NCBI GenBank assembly: GCA_002104905.1
Contig: MCFE01000323.1
Location: forward strand, 30,943-94,942
Direction of reading: 5' to 3'
Length of the DNA stretch: 64,000 nt
Origin: Basidiobolus meristosporus CBS 931.73
Taxonomy: Eukaryota > Fungi > Basidiobolomycota
In this document: positions 49,389 to 62,435 of the stretch, piece by piece
How the letters are laid out: the number at the start of each line of letters is the position of its first letter
Position numbering within the stretch: the first letter of the stretch is position 1
The notes under the pieces: model-generated
The model's database searches: none
The model's input: the letters and a program-made list of their open reading frames with translations, nothing else
What the model was told of the DNA's origin: nothing
Made by a program: the position numbers and the translations under genes

Positions 49389-52154
49389 AGACTTGTTCCA
49401 TTGTACCGTGCCAGGTTGCGTGGCACAATCCGCGGTCTCTGAGAACAATTGGGTGCAATATTGTAGCTACCAGTAGGCAGGATTGCCCTTGGACAATTTT
49501 GCACCATGTGGGATGATCTTGCACACTATGGCACAATCTGAGACAATGAGGCTGGCACAAATGATTGTACCCACTTGTAATGTTTGCATCACATGCACAA
49601 TTAGATACCACTATTATGGTAGGTAGAATCCGGTATTTGAATATGTTTCTTTAATGTAAATGGAAATAAATGCATATCACACTATAAACTACACTGACAC
49701 TTACATTTTGGTTACCTTCACTCCAATTGAATGGTATCTCAGTGGTTAATTGATCCAAAAATGTCCTGAAGCTTTCAGCTCCCAATTGGCTCTTAGACCA
49801 ATACACAAGCTACCTGATTTGCCATCAAATATCCCATTTTGCCCAATAAGCAAGTACATCCCTGATCCTGGTGATTGGACAAGGTGTCATAGCTAGCACA
49901 TGACCAGTTTTATGGGTGCAAATCAGATCAAATGGCTGCACTGGTGCCACAGATGATATATACATATGCAGGGTGTTTATTTATAGGGGACCTGTCTCAA
50001 ATGTGGGACAACCACAATATTGCTTATATCAAAAATTTAGTGATCACTGATTTGTGATGGCTTGATGTGGATTGCAAAAAAAATGTGTTGTTTGGATCAT
50101 TACAAATAATAGCAATTCAATGCAATTGCATCATCTTCTCCTAGGCTTTTTTCTCACAGGGATTACTACTGAAGCATTTGGTAGTGATTCACTTTGCACA
50201 CTTGAACTACTTTCTTCTTGACTATCCTCTTGGCTACTTGTGTATTTATAGTCAATATTTTGCCTCCTAGTCGATGAGTGCAATGCTGCAACTTGGCCAC
50301 ACTAAGTTGCTCCAGATGATGCAACTGAGCTGGCCTGCAGTGCTACATGCTGACATGTTTGTTTACTTGCCAAAGGCTCTGGTGGTGTAGGCACTTCATG
50401 TGGGACATCATCTGTCAGTTCACCAGAGGTAACTTGTTGATAGTCAGGTGTAATGGCATGTGCAGATGCAACTTGATGCGCTGGCATGACCCTTGGCTGA
50501 GTTCAATGTGATGCTGCTTGTTGACACAACATTGCCTGCTCCAATGGACCTATGTCTTATTGAGCAGTTTGGGGGTTCTGGTGGTTTTGCTCTGAAGCGT
50601 GCGTGTTGACCCAATACGCATTGAGTCAATGTGGGGCACTCTTATGAAGGGTGTTGGTATAGTTTGGACTGATGTGTGCCAGCATGCTGAAGTTGCAAGG
50701 GATGGTAAGGAATCCATCAAGGCGTGCTGGCACAATCTAGATGATGTTGCTTGTGGTCTGTATTCCTCCTCTTGAAAGCTCACCTTCTGATTCCTCATGG
50801 TATTTACTTGCCCTCTGTCTAATACTTTGCAACTGTTGCCTGGATGAGTCCTGTGTACCTTGCTCTTGGAAGCCACTTGGCTCTACTAATTTATCACATA
50901 ATATATTAGTCATTTGAGGCAAAAACTCATTCAAAATCTCTTTGGTTCCCAATGTTGAGGCACAAACAGATGCATCTGGCCTGTACTGTGCAAATTGTAC
51001 ACAAAAGTGTTCCCGCATGGCTTCCTCATCAAATCCCCTCACTCTCAGCTCATTCTTGATTTCAAAACTTGTGTTGTTATATATCTTCTTACATATATCT
51101 GCTGGCATCTTGATGTAGAACTCATGCCACAGCTTTCTACTCAGGTTCTTCCATCTCTGTCAGCTCTCAAAGGTATCTAGTTCTGCTAGATTAATGAGTA
51201 GTGCCCAAATATCTGTATGAAGGCTCATCATAGACACTTGGGCTGTACTGAAATCATTTGGCAAGAACTCAAACGGATCTGACATTGCCTTTCTGGTCTG
51301 GACCATGCTTGTGAGCTGGGGGATGGGTTTTGTCTTGGTGGAACTAAAGATGAGTTGAGACTTGGTATAGGGACCATAGTAATGGACTTGGATACTTATA
51401 CAGTAGTGTATTGGCATCAACCTGGTCTTATATGAAATATATATGAAAACTGATGTGATTGTTGAATTTTCCATATATCATGCATGATGCATCTTGGATT
51501 GCATTGGCATGGATCAGATCACATCAATTGCAGACTTCCTATTTGATTATAGACTTGTGAGTAAAACATCAATAAAAACACCCAGTCATTGTTTGAGGAT
51601 GATTTTTGCAACATAATGATAGGACACATGGCAATTGATGGAGATTTTATCATAATGCATGGAAAATCAGATAAATAAAGCTGATTGTGCCAAATCAAAT
51701 CAAATCATCTCAGCGCAATCCTCCCAATTTTGATATGACTCACTCATCTGAATGGTCTTTTCCCATTAATCCCGTCACTACAACTGGATTTCCTTTTGAC
51801 ACACTAGAGGAGATCTATACCAAGTACTGTGGTCCATCTGTCCCAATCTACTCAAGGAGATCCCTTTTTAAGCTTCTCTGCTATTACAAGAACTATTGCC
51901 CTACAAGGTTTCATACCACCATCCATGGCAACAAAAGTCCTAGAAGCTTTCATTCCCAGCTGACAGCAATGGAGAGCCACCTTGCAGAGTGTATGAATGA
52001 CTTAGAGTAAGCTTGGAATACTAGGTTCAGAAGCTCCAATTGACTTCCATATCCCAGAGTGTTCAGCAACAGGTTCCATACCAGGAGTATTTTGGATACC
52101 TTCCCAGTGAGGATTAACAGACCTTCTAGAGGGCAGAGGCACTTTTATTCTGGC
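49389..52154 (+). mobile_element. Pangu copy E, reverse orientation relative to A, truncated in mid-transposase
   Basis: Perfect TIR AGACTTGTTCCATTG at 49389; ORF3, ORF2 (about 50130-51474, minus) and transposase N-terminus from about 51736. Confidence 0.9.
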
Positions 52155-53008
52155 CCTGCCAATTTGCTCACTTTCTGATCCTGGACACTCTATTGCCTCC
52201 TATGTTTGTGTGAATTGATTGGTTATTGCCTTGTTTTGCACTCCCTACTTCCTGACTCATCCGTTTCTCTTACTTTTCATGCACACAAATTGATTGATTT
52301 GTGTTAAAACTTCAGCTGTACTTCAATTGCCAATTGTATTGACCTATGCAAGTCCCTATTCCCCACACTAACATTAAGCCCAACCCCACACTCAACAAGT
52401 AGCTTCCTTAAAATCCACCACTAAATAAGTATTTCTGCTGTAATGCTCTGGTTTCACAACTTTGGCAGGAACCCAATGGCTTTATGCCACTGTTCATTTA
52501 CTGGTTCCCACACCTCCTGGTCTTCAGCGGGCACTGCAAGGTCTAGCTCCTCATCTGCCAGTCTTTGCAATAAATCCTTGTAATATTCCTGTGCATTTTC
52601 TTGAGCACTGTTCTTGAAGAAGTGCTGCAACCTCTTGGTGTGCCTATTAATGTTCCAAAACTTGACTGAAGGCATTGTGATAGTCTTTTGAGCTCTTGAC
52701 ATTGTAGCCTTGTCTGTTGGTGGAATCTCCACTCTGTCAACAATGGAGGCTGTGGAGGCTGTGGTAGACAAATTGCCTTTGTCAGCAAACTCATCTACCT
52801 TGCTGGAGTGTAGCTCAACTGGCTGCACTTCCAACTCTTGTGAAAACAGCTGTTTTCTTGTTGGTAATTCTACTAGGCTAAGATGGGATTCAGTCTGTTC
52901 CTGGCTTGCAGTGTTAATTGGCAAGAACTGCAGTTTTTTTGGCATGCCTCCCTGTCTCAGGCTTGAGTAGACATTTTTCCCTTTACCTTTTCTTTTATCA
53001 CTGCCAGG

Positions 53009-53273
53009 TGTTATGAATAGACACAATGCAGGAGAGTAGAGCTAGGCAAGGCAGGACTGGGAAAGGACTTAGGTGTGGATCAACAAGGCAAGGTGGATTT
53101 CCAAGGCAAGGCTGTTTATTCAAGACCTGAGTTTATCAGACTGAGGAATACTTAAGGGGGGATAGGACTATATATACTTTGGCTATACTGATGCTGAGAG
53201 ATATTAGCTAATACTAATGGGGTTGTGGGGTGAGGCACAGCAGCAGTGCTGGGAATAATAATATAGAGGGCAA
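53009..53273 (-). repeat. Truncated LTR fragment (unassigned family) replacing part of CACTA ORF2
   Basis: The minus strand shows TATATA, AATAAA and a ...CATAACA end; not CACTA-derived. Confidence 0.6.
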
Positions 53274-54305
53274 GGCCTTGAGTTCCTGATGGTCCAATGG
53301 TATGCCAGCCTTAAGGTGATGTGGTGCTAAACTTCTGATGGCCTCTTGTATATTAGCCCACTCTTCATTATTGCACTCAATGGCTTCACAGATCTTCAAT
53401 GTCTTTTGATTTTTAGGCTTTGGTATAAACACCACATTGTCTCCCTCCCATGCTGTGATAGGTTTTTCTGTGGGCTTTATCTTTTGGCACTGTTGTTGTG
53501 CTTCAAAGACTGTACAGTGTTCCTCTGCTGTTACATTGGGAAATGGCTCAAATCTTGGCTGTGATGTTGAGCTACTTGAGCTCCTTCTTTGCAGCAAAGA
53601 TACTGCTTTCTCTATCTGAGATATTGATAGCTCTACTCATATTTTCCACTCATCCTGCTTCCGGACTACTTCCTGATTTCTCTGGGCCATTGCATCTATT
53701 CTATCAGCCACTGCACCTAATTGCTTCATTAATGCTTTGGTACAAGCTGACAACATACTTGCTAATATGGGTGGTGGTGATGTTATCATGGCCACTTGCT
53801 GATCTTCAACTCAGGGTACTGAGTTTGCTACATTCTTGTCTGCCTGAGTATAACGGTCAGCTTGCGGCTCTGCAGAGGTTCTCAATTGCCTACTTGACTG
53901 AGAGCCTGAGGAGTCCGCATTATTACCTTCAATGGGCACATCGGCCATAGGGCCATTTTTGGATGTAGCCATGCTTGTTGCACTGAATGTCAAAGCAAGC
54001 TGTTGTCCAACCATTCTTTTGTTGCTGTCAGCAGTGGGGTTTGGTTGAGAACCAGATGACTTTGCTTTATCTTTTGACGGCATATATATGGAAGTGAGTC
54101 AAACCAAAGGGGAAATAGTGTTACATATACATGTGTTTGTGGTGCCACAACTTTATTTATAATGCATACTATGGCAGGTCATCATTGATTCTTACATTCA
54201 TTTAGGTGCAATCTCTCAAATACAAAACTGTCTTAAATTCACATCAATATTGACCAAAAAGTGATATAATAGCATTATGTTGTTGAAGGTCAAACTGTTT
54301 GCCCC

Positions 54306-56995
54306 ATGGACAAGATTACTTTGACTCAATGCTGTAAGAGAAGAGAAAAAAGACCATGTGGCTATTGTGGCAAGCCTCTCAGCCATGAAGCATGCTGACA
54401 GCATAGGAAGTACTACAAGGATCACGGCCAGTGTTTTGCCACCCACGTCATATTTGACCATTCATTGGTCACTACTGTAGCAACATTATCGTGCTGGCCA
54501 GTTGATACTTCTATATTGGCACATGGCTGTCTTTGTGACCTTGCACAAACTGAGTCAGGTGAGTTTGTGATGCCTTTAGGCTCACCTCAGCCTTCTGAAT
54601 ATGGCACGCAGAGTGATAGCTCTGACAAAGAAGGTTTACTGATGGATTGTGAGCCCATCTCCCCTAACAACAGTACCCCATATGAGCCTGGTCAAATCCT
54701 AATATGCAATGAGACAGCACCCATTGAAACAAATGCCAAGGATACTTTATGGAGCCAAGTGAGCCCAGCAATCAATCTACTGGTGAATGATGTAATGTTG
54801 TGGCTAGAGAAGTGGCGCATTTCCACCAATATCAGTAATGGGGGCTTTGAGGATTAATTACTACTTGTTGCCAAGATCATACTGGAATGCAACTTACCAT
54901 GTACATGGTACAAGTGGACAACCGTCATATGGCTGGCAACATATGATCCAGAGACTGTCCTGATTCCAGCATGTGTTAACAGTTGCATAGCATTCACATC
55001 CAAAAATGCTACCATTGCAACGTGTCCAAATTGCCAGGAATCCACTACCACTGAGGGATAGCATTGTTCACACTCTGGATATATTCCGGCCATACCCTGT
55101 CTGAGGAAGCTGATGCAGTCCAACAAATATTACAAACCTATACAGTACCGCACTCAGTATCAATCAAGCACAAACATATCCAATATATTTGATGGCAAGC
55201 ATTGCAAACAGCTAAGAATCAAGGGCTACTTTGAAGGAATTTATGACCATGCCTTTGCTTTAGCAATTGATGGATTCTCATTAAACAAGTACTCTACCAG
55301 CAAATCCTGCTGGCCACTGATTCTCATCAATCTGAACCTGCCACCCATCTTATGGTGTCAGAGCAATAATCTGATGGTAGTCTCACTGGAATCTGGGCCT
55401 AAATCACCATCCAATCTGGATAGCTACCTGTATCTATTGCTGGATGAATTTTGTATGCTTTCCAGCAGGATAATAGTAAATTGCTGTCATGTAAAAGCGC
55501 ATATTATTATATGTATTGGAGATACCCCAGCCATCAGCAAGATAGCAGGATTTTTCAGGCACAATGGACAGCATTGCTTTCAAATGTGTGAGATCCAGGG
55601 GATTTACTCCATAACTCACACACATTGTTATTATGCAAACACCAGCACTAAGGACATCATCTTTCCACAGAGAGAACATACAGAAGTAAGCATGCAATTG
55701 CAGCAAAGTTGGCAAGCTATAAGCCATTGGCCAGCATATGGAATCCATTGGAAACCAGAGATACTTAAGATAGAGGGTATCTGTTGGAGCAAGAGCTTTC
55801 CACTGGGAGCAATGCATTTACTTTTCAACAATATCCCTATGCTGATGATCAAGTTGTACATGGGGCATTTCAAGCTAAATGATCCCTTTGAGATACTGGA
55901 GAAATTTGGCAGAATTGACAAGATATTACAGAGTATCTGCTACCCTGAGTACTTCTCACAGACTCCAATCAATATTGGTATGCATATGCCACAATACAAA
56001 TGCAAAGACTGGATGTGCTGGATTAGTATTTATTCAAGTAGTGTTCTGAGGCCATATCTACCAAGAGTGCATTGCAAGCATTGGGAGTCATATGTGGACA
56101 ATGTAGGAATAATTATACAGAAGTGGATCACCAATGCCAACTTGACACATCTACAGCTATTGTGCAAGGAGTTTGTAATGGAATTTGAGCAGCTGTACTA
56201 CAAACATAAATCTTAACGTGTAGATCTCTGCTGCTACTGGATCCATTCTCTGCTTCATCTTGCATGATGTGTGGAGAATATTGGGCTTTGCTTCACCTTT
56301 TGTGATTTTCCAATGGAGTGGATGTGTGGGGAGATAGGAAGACAAGTCAAGTTGTAGGTACTACCATATCCCAATCTCATCAAGAATATTACCTCCAAGT
56401 CCTTCATGGATGTGATGAGTTGGCACATGGAGGACAGCCAGGAAGAGTTGGAAAACACTGAAGACAAATGTGCACCTGGTGACACCTATGCCTATGGCAT
56501 TAAGAAGCTAAGCAGCCTAATGTGTGGGTAATCAGTAAAGTAATGCAAAGTTGGGTTGGGTGCAACAAGCAACTATTTTTTATTAGGAAAGCTCTATAAG
56601 GTGTGCTGGATTTTTCTTTGACACAAGCCAACTTCTAAACCATTCAATACAGAATTCACACTAACAAGAGCCAGAGTGCACCTATAAGGGGGACTAGAAG
56701 CCAGCAGGGAGAATGAGTTTACTGGCTAAATACCAATAAGTTCTTTGCAGATATTCAGGAGGTATTCATGTCAGAAGTGGCTATAACCAAGCATATGTTT
56801 GCAAGATGTACATGTTACCAGCAGTACAAGGTATATGGCAGCTTTGCAAGTATCACACTAAAAAGCCGTAAAGTTGAGGTGATAGAAGTATTTCAGTTGT
56901 GGCAGGTGTGCGCATTTGTGGAGGTTAGTAAGCAGGAGGCCATAGTTTTTTTTGATTCAAACTATATGTGGAATACCCAAGGTAGTAGTGGTTAA
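54306..56995 (+). pseudogene. CACTA transposase copy 3 (longest open stretch 55113..56216, 367 aa)
   Basis: AIDGFS, CIGDTPAISK and GAMHLLFNNI motifs; several stops and frameshifts. Confidence 0.92.
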
Positions 56996-57473
56996 GCAAA
57001 TAAAGAGGGGTGATTCTACAGTGGAATATATGAGTTGCACAAGGGGAGTTAGAAAAAGGAAATACCATCTGATAAATTTGTATGGTAGCATTATACAGAA
57101 CCAGCTGTAGGCCACCATACTGCCAATATAATGCCATCAGAGTCTCACTGTGAGCTTGTTGAAATACCATCAAGTTTCATGCAATAGAAAGCAATTTGAT
57201 TTCCTGACCAGTTGAATCCATTTACAATAGTTGTAACATGCAATAAGACCACAACAATACCATGCAATTATTGTCACAATGCCAATTAAACCCTTTCAAG
57301 TTTTATCACTTTATTTGGTAGTAAAATTAGCAAAATGCTATCATGATCCCATCATAAGTTTGTTAAGAGAGTCACTAATTCCAAGCTGCTGGTATTATGA
57401 CAGTCTCTTAACAGGATCCTGACAGCTGATCTGGATTGGATCCACCCATGTCACCAAATTATTTTTTGTAGGG

Positions 57474-57809
57474 AAAGTACTTCTTGCAGGCTTGAATCAA
57501 GATTCATATGCACATGCAACAATACAAATGTAAGTACTGGATGAGCTGGATATGTATTTATTCAAATGGCCTTCTGGAGCCATTTCTACCAAGAATACAC
57601 TGGAAGTTTTGGGAGCTATATGTTGACATGGTGGAAATATTTACTCAGAAGCACATCACCAATGCCAACTTGACGCATCTATAGCTTTGGTGAGCAGAGA
57701 TTTTAATGGATTTGAGTGGCTATACTACAAACATAAAGCTGAAAATGTAGATCTCTGCTGCTACTGCATCTCTTCCCTACTCCATGTTGCTTGGTGTGTA
57801 GGAAATGTT
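57474..57809 (+). pseudogene. CACTA transposase fragment, host of Copia-1 A
   Basis: Homologous to 48535-48870. Confidence 0.75.
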
Positions 57810-58158
57810 TGTTGTAAAGACTCGTAATTCCACCTGAATATTCACCTAGCTTAGTCACTTAGATCAATACCCTCAAATCCTAGAGAATACTGACCAAATT
57901 CCTTGTTGGGATTTACTTAGAATATTTTCACCAAAATACCAGGTACCCAGAACATGATAATTCTCAAAGCTGTCCAAACAGCCCCACACTTTACACTCAT
58001 GTTCTTGGGACCTTCCTTAACCTATTCTACGTGTTCGTAATGCCAAGACCAGGTAAAAGTATAAATACTACTTTTACATTCAATAAATCATTAAGTGAGA
58101 ACCACATAATCTACTTGTCCTCCCAATCACTTCCAATATCTCCAAGACTCTTACAACA

Positions 58159-58170
58159 GGTTATGAGCCC
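58159..58170 (+). other. Half-tRNA initiator-Met PBS (Ty5/copia type)
   Basis: GGTTATGAGCCC directly after the LTR, complementary to the tRNAiMet anticodon arm GGGCUCAUAACC. Confidence 0.85.
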
Positions 58171-58189
58171 CAAGCTGTCACTCTCTGCA

Positions 58190-61100
58190 ATGTCTACTAC
58201 TGCTGTTACTGGAATTTTTTCCTCTGCTGAAAAGTTGGATGGCTCTAACTACCAAGTGTGAAAGGTGAAGATGAAAATGCTGCTACAAGAAAGAGGCCTT
58301 TGGGATATTGTCATGGGAGAAGAATGCCCTCCTAAAAACAAGGGAGAGGAAGCCTTAAAGTAGCAGAAGAAAAAACAAAGTGCCTTTAACTGCATTTGCC
58401 TTAATGTCAAGGACAAATTGCTAATTCAATGCTCAAGAGCAAAAACAGCAAAGAATGCCTGGAAGGCATTAATAGACACCTACCAGTCATGTTCAGCTGC
58501 CAAGAAAATGTATCTGAGACAAAAATTCTTTACTACAAAGATGCTGCCAGCAGAAGAAATGAAAAATCTAATTAACAGAATTACCCTGCTGGTAGATGAG
58601 ATGGAATCTGTGAGCGTACCAACTACTGATGAGGATGTGATAGTTACCATCCTGAATAGCCTGAAAGACAAGTTTCAGGGCCTTGTATTAGCCCTAGAGT
58701 CCAGAACTGAAGATTTGACCTTTAAATACGTATTTGGAAGGCTCCTGGATGAAGAATTAAGAAAATCAAGCGCCAATAAGAAGGAAGAAGAAAATGCTTT
58801 AATAAGCAATGATAACCAACAAAGGAGGTACCCAAGACCCTACAAAGGCAACAGCAACCTATTTTGCAACTACTGCAAAAGGAAAGGACACACATCAGAC
58901 CGGCGTCTCAAAAAGAGAGATTATCAGCAAAAGAAGCCTGAATATGGAAATGCTGCAACAATGGAAGATAGACTATTTATATCTGCACTAAATATGACCA
59001 CAAACAAGGATTCTCAGACGTGGTATATTGACTCTGGAGCTTCTCAACACCTTACACACTAAAAAGAACTTTTTACCCAATATCAAGAAATTCCTATTAA
59101 GGTTTTCATGGGTGACAATAGAACACTTGATGCAGTGGGAGAAGGAACTATCCAAGTAAACCTAAGAAGCAGTGAAGGAAGCCATACACTGACCTTTAAA
59201 GAAGTACTCTATGTACCAGAAATAGCCAAGAACCTACTCTCTGTCAGCAAGGCCACAGCAGAAGGACTCAGTTTCAGTTTTGACAATTCTGGATGCAGGA
59301 TCACTGATCAAAATGGTGCCCATATTGCTTTGGGCATCAGAGATCAGAATCTATACAAGTTGACTTATATTCCATCATATTTGGAAGCCAATATAAGTAA
59401 CTTAAATGAAGAAACACCAATGCTTTGGTGTAGGAGATTTGGACACATCAATTTTGATTATTTGCGTAAAATGATCAAAGATCAGCTAATTTCTGGAGTG
59501 AAAATTGATCCCCCTGCTAATTTGGAGCACTGTGAAGCCTGCATATATGGGAAACAAGCCAGACAACCGTTCAAGAGCTCTGGGCTAATCAAAACTAAGA
59601 AAAAATTAGATCTAATTCACTCAGATCTGTGTGGACCTATGCAAAATTTATCCTTAGGTGGGATGAAGTATTTAATCACTTTTATTGATGATTATACAAG
59701 ATACACATGGATCTACTTCATGGAGAGAAAGGAAGAAGCTCTGTCTAAGTTCAGGGAGTTTAAAGCCATGGTGGAGAGAGAAACTGGTGAAAAAATCAAG
59801 AAAATATGCTCTGACAATGGTGGAGAATATACCCCAAAACTCTTCATCCACTTCTGCAAAATTCATGGGATAAAGCAAGAGACTATTGTACCATACTCCC
59901 CACAGCAAAATAGAGTAGCAGAACATGCTAACAGATCAATAATTGATATGGCAAGATCTATGATCCATGATCAAAAATTATCCTATGATTTTTGGGTGGA
60001 ATCAGTTGCCACTGCTGTATACCTTAAAAATAGGAGTTATAACAGAATACTTTGTGATTCTACTCAATTTGAAGCATGGCATGGATACAGACCAAGTGCA
60101 GAACATCTAAGAATACTAGGGTGTACAGCATATGCCAAAAAACTGGCCGGAAATCAGTCAAAATTTGAGCCAAAAAGTGTCAAATGCATATTTTTGAGCT
60201 ACTGCAATGAGAGTAAGGCATACAGACTCTACAATACAAAAGCAAAGAAGCTGATCAAGTCCAGGGATGTGTTGTTTGATGAAAATTCAAAAATCTCACA
60301 AAAAATGACATCAGATGATGACAAAAATTTGATCTCAAGTCCACCAATTGTCAGGATTGAATCAGAGCAAAACAATGATAATTTTTTCACTCCAGAGGAC
60401 TCTACAACCATGGTTCAGCCAGAATCAGTGCCCAGGAATATCCCAGAAGTGATCATTCCCGTATCAAATGCCCGGAGATCAAATTGGACAAGAAATAGCC
60501 CAAATTACTATATCAATGAGGGTACAAACTTAGCCTATGCCTATTCAGTCCATATTGATGAACCCCAGACTGTAAAAGAGGTTCTAAATAGCCCTCAGAT
60601 GAAGTTTTGGAGATCCGCAATGACTGAGGAATATCAGACCCTGATGGAAAATCAAACTTGGGACTTAGTCAAATTACCAATCAACTGAAAATCACTTGGA
60701 TGCAGATGGGTCTTCAAGACAAAATACAAGGCTGATGGTACAATTGAAGGATACAAAGCAAGACTTGTAGCCAAAGGATACTCTCAAACAAAAGGACTTG
60801 ACTATACTGAGACCTTTGCACTGGTAGCCAAGTTTAATTCCATCAGATTAATATTGGCTATTGCAGCCAAATATAAGTTTTTTATTCATCAAATGGATGT
60901 AAAAACTGCATTTTTGAATGGAGAACTTGATGAGGACATGTACATGGACCAGCCTGATGGGTTTGTTGACCAAGATAACCCCCATTTGGTCTGCAAGCTT
61001 AAAAAGTCACTGTATGGTCTCAAACAATCACCAAGAGCCTGGAATTGCAAGATAGATTCTTATTTGGAATCTTTGAGTTTCAAAAGAAGTAATGCTGACT

Positions 61101-62131
61101 ATAGTATATACTATAAGCCAGATAGAGCAAATCCAGTTCTATTAGCTCTATATTTGGATGATCTTATTATAGCCACCAATAACCTAGCAACATTGGAAGA
61201 GACTAAATCCAGCCTATGTAAGGAGTTCAAGATGTCTGATTTAGGAGAACTTAGTTACTACTTAGGGATCAAGTTCTCCATAGACAGAAGTACCCAGACC
61301 ATCACCCTGAGCCAATCCAAGTATATTCAAGATATACTAAAGAAGTACTAAATGGAAGACTGTAAACCGGCAGCTACCCCAATGGAGACAAACCTTAACT
61401 TGGTCAAAACTCAACCAAATCAAGAGAGCTTGATGCCATCTGAAAGCCCTGACTTTTGTTATCAATTTATGGTTGGCAGTCTGATGTATATCATGCTTGG
61501 AACATGTCCAGATATCTCATATTCAGTGGGAGTTGTCAGCCAACATAATCAGAACTATGGATCTGATCATATTGCAGCAGTTAAGCGGATTTTTAGATAC
61601 CTAAAAGTAACTACTGATATCTGCTTAAGATACACTTATAATGATTCAGAACAGGATCTTGTAGGATACTCTGATGCTGATTGGGGACAAAATTTAGAAG
61701 ACAGAAGATCCACCACAGGATACACCTTTCTTTACTGTAAAGGGGCAATTTCATGGAATTCAAGAAAGCAACCAACCATAGCACTTTCCACCACAGAGGC
61801 AGAGTATATGGCAGCCTGTGAAGCTACAAAAGTAGCAATGTGGTTAAGAAAGCTTTTAACAGATTTAGGCCTATGTCAAAAAACGCCTATTACTTTATTT
61901 CAAGATAATCAAGGATGTATACAATTAGGTGGAAATCCAACTTTTCATGCTAGAACCAAGCACATAGATATTAGACATCATTTCATATGTGAAGCTATAG
62001 AGAATAACTTAGTTAGCTTAGTTTACTGTCCTACAGATGAAATGATTGCAGACATGTTTACCAAACCATTAGCTAGAGACAAGTTTGAATATCTTAGGTC
62101 AAAATTAAGACTAGTCAGTATGAACATTTAG
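58190..62131 (+). pseudogene. gag-pol: Copia Gag-Pol (about 1313 codons), one frame with 5 premature stops
   Basis: KLDGSNYQV, CNYCKRKGH, WYIDSGAS, HSDLCGPM/FIDDYTRY/SDNGGEY, MDVKTAFLNG, LYLDD, GYSDADW. All ORF pieces are in the same frame. Order is PR-IN-RT-RH. Confidence 0.95.
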
Positions 62132-62435
62132 CTGAGTGGGAGTGTTGTAAAAATTTGTATTTCCACCTAAATATTCACCTAACTTAGTCACTTAGATCAT
62201 TACCTTCAAATCCTAGAGAATACTGACCAAATTCCTTGTTGGGATTTACTTAGAATATTTTCACCAAAATACCAGGTACCCAGAACATGATAATTCTCAA
62301 AGTTGTCCAAACAGCCCCAAACTTTGCACACATGTTCTTGGGACCTTCCTTAACCTATTCTATCTGCTTGTAATGCCAAGACCAGGTAAAAGTATAAATA
62401 CTACTTTTACATTCAATAAATCATTAAGTGAAAAC

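Larger units (their letters stand above)
52155..57473 (+). mobile_element. CACTA copy 3 (lacks the first ~190 bp; right TIR intact)
   Basis: ORF2 remnants 52454..54083 (minus), transposase from ATG 54306 to about 56995, end AATTATTTTTTGTAGGG. Confidence 0.88.
57810..62435 (+). mobile_element. Ty1/Copia family 1 copy A (5' LTR 57810-58158; 3' LTR from 62143, interrupted at 62435)
   Basis: TGTTG...CAACA LTR, PBS at 58159-58170, PPT GAGTGGGAG at 62134-62142. Confidence 0.95.

Noticed and set aside
58031-58261. N-terminal extension of Copia Gag from within the LTR (also 19499 onward)
   Set aside because: The frame begins upstream of the LTR TATA box; the plausible Gag start is ATG 58190, after the PBS.
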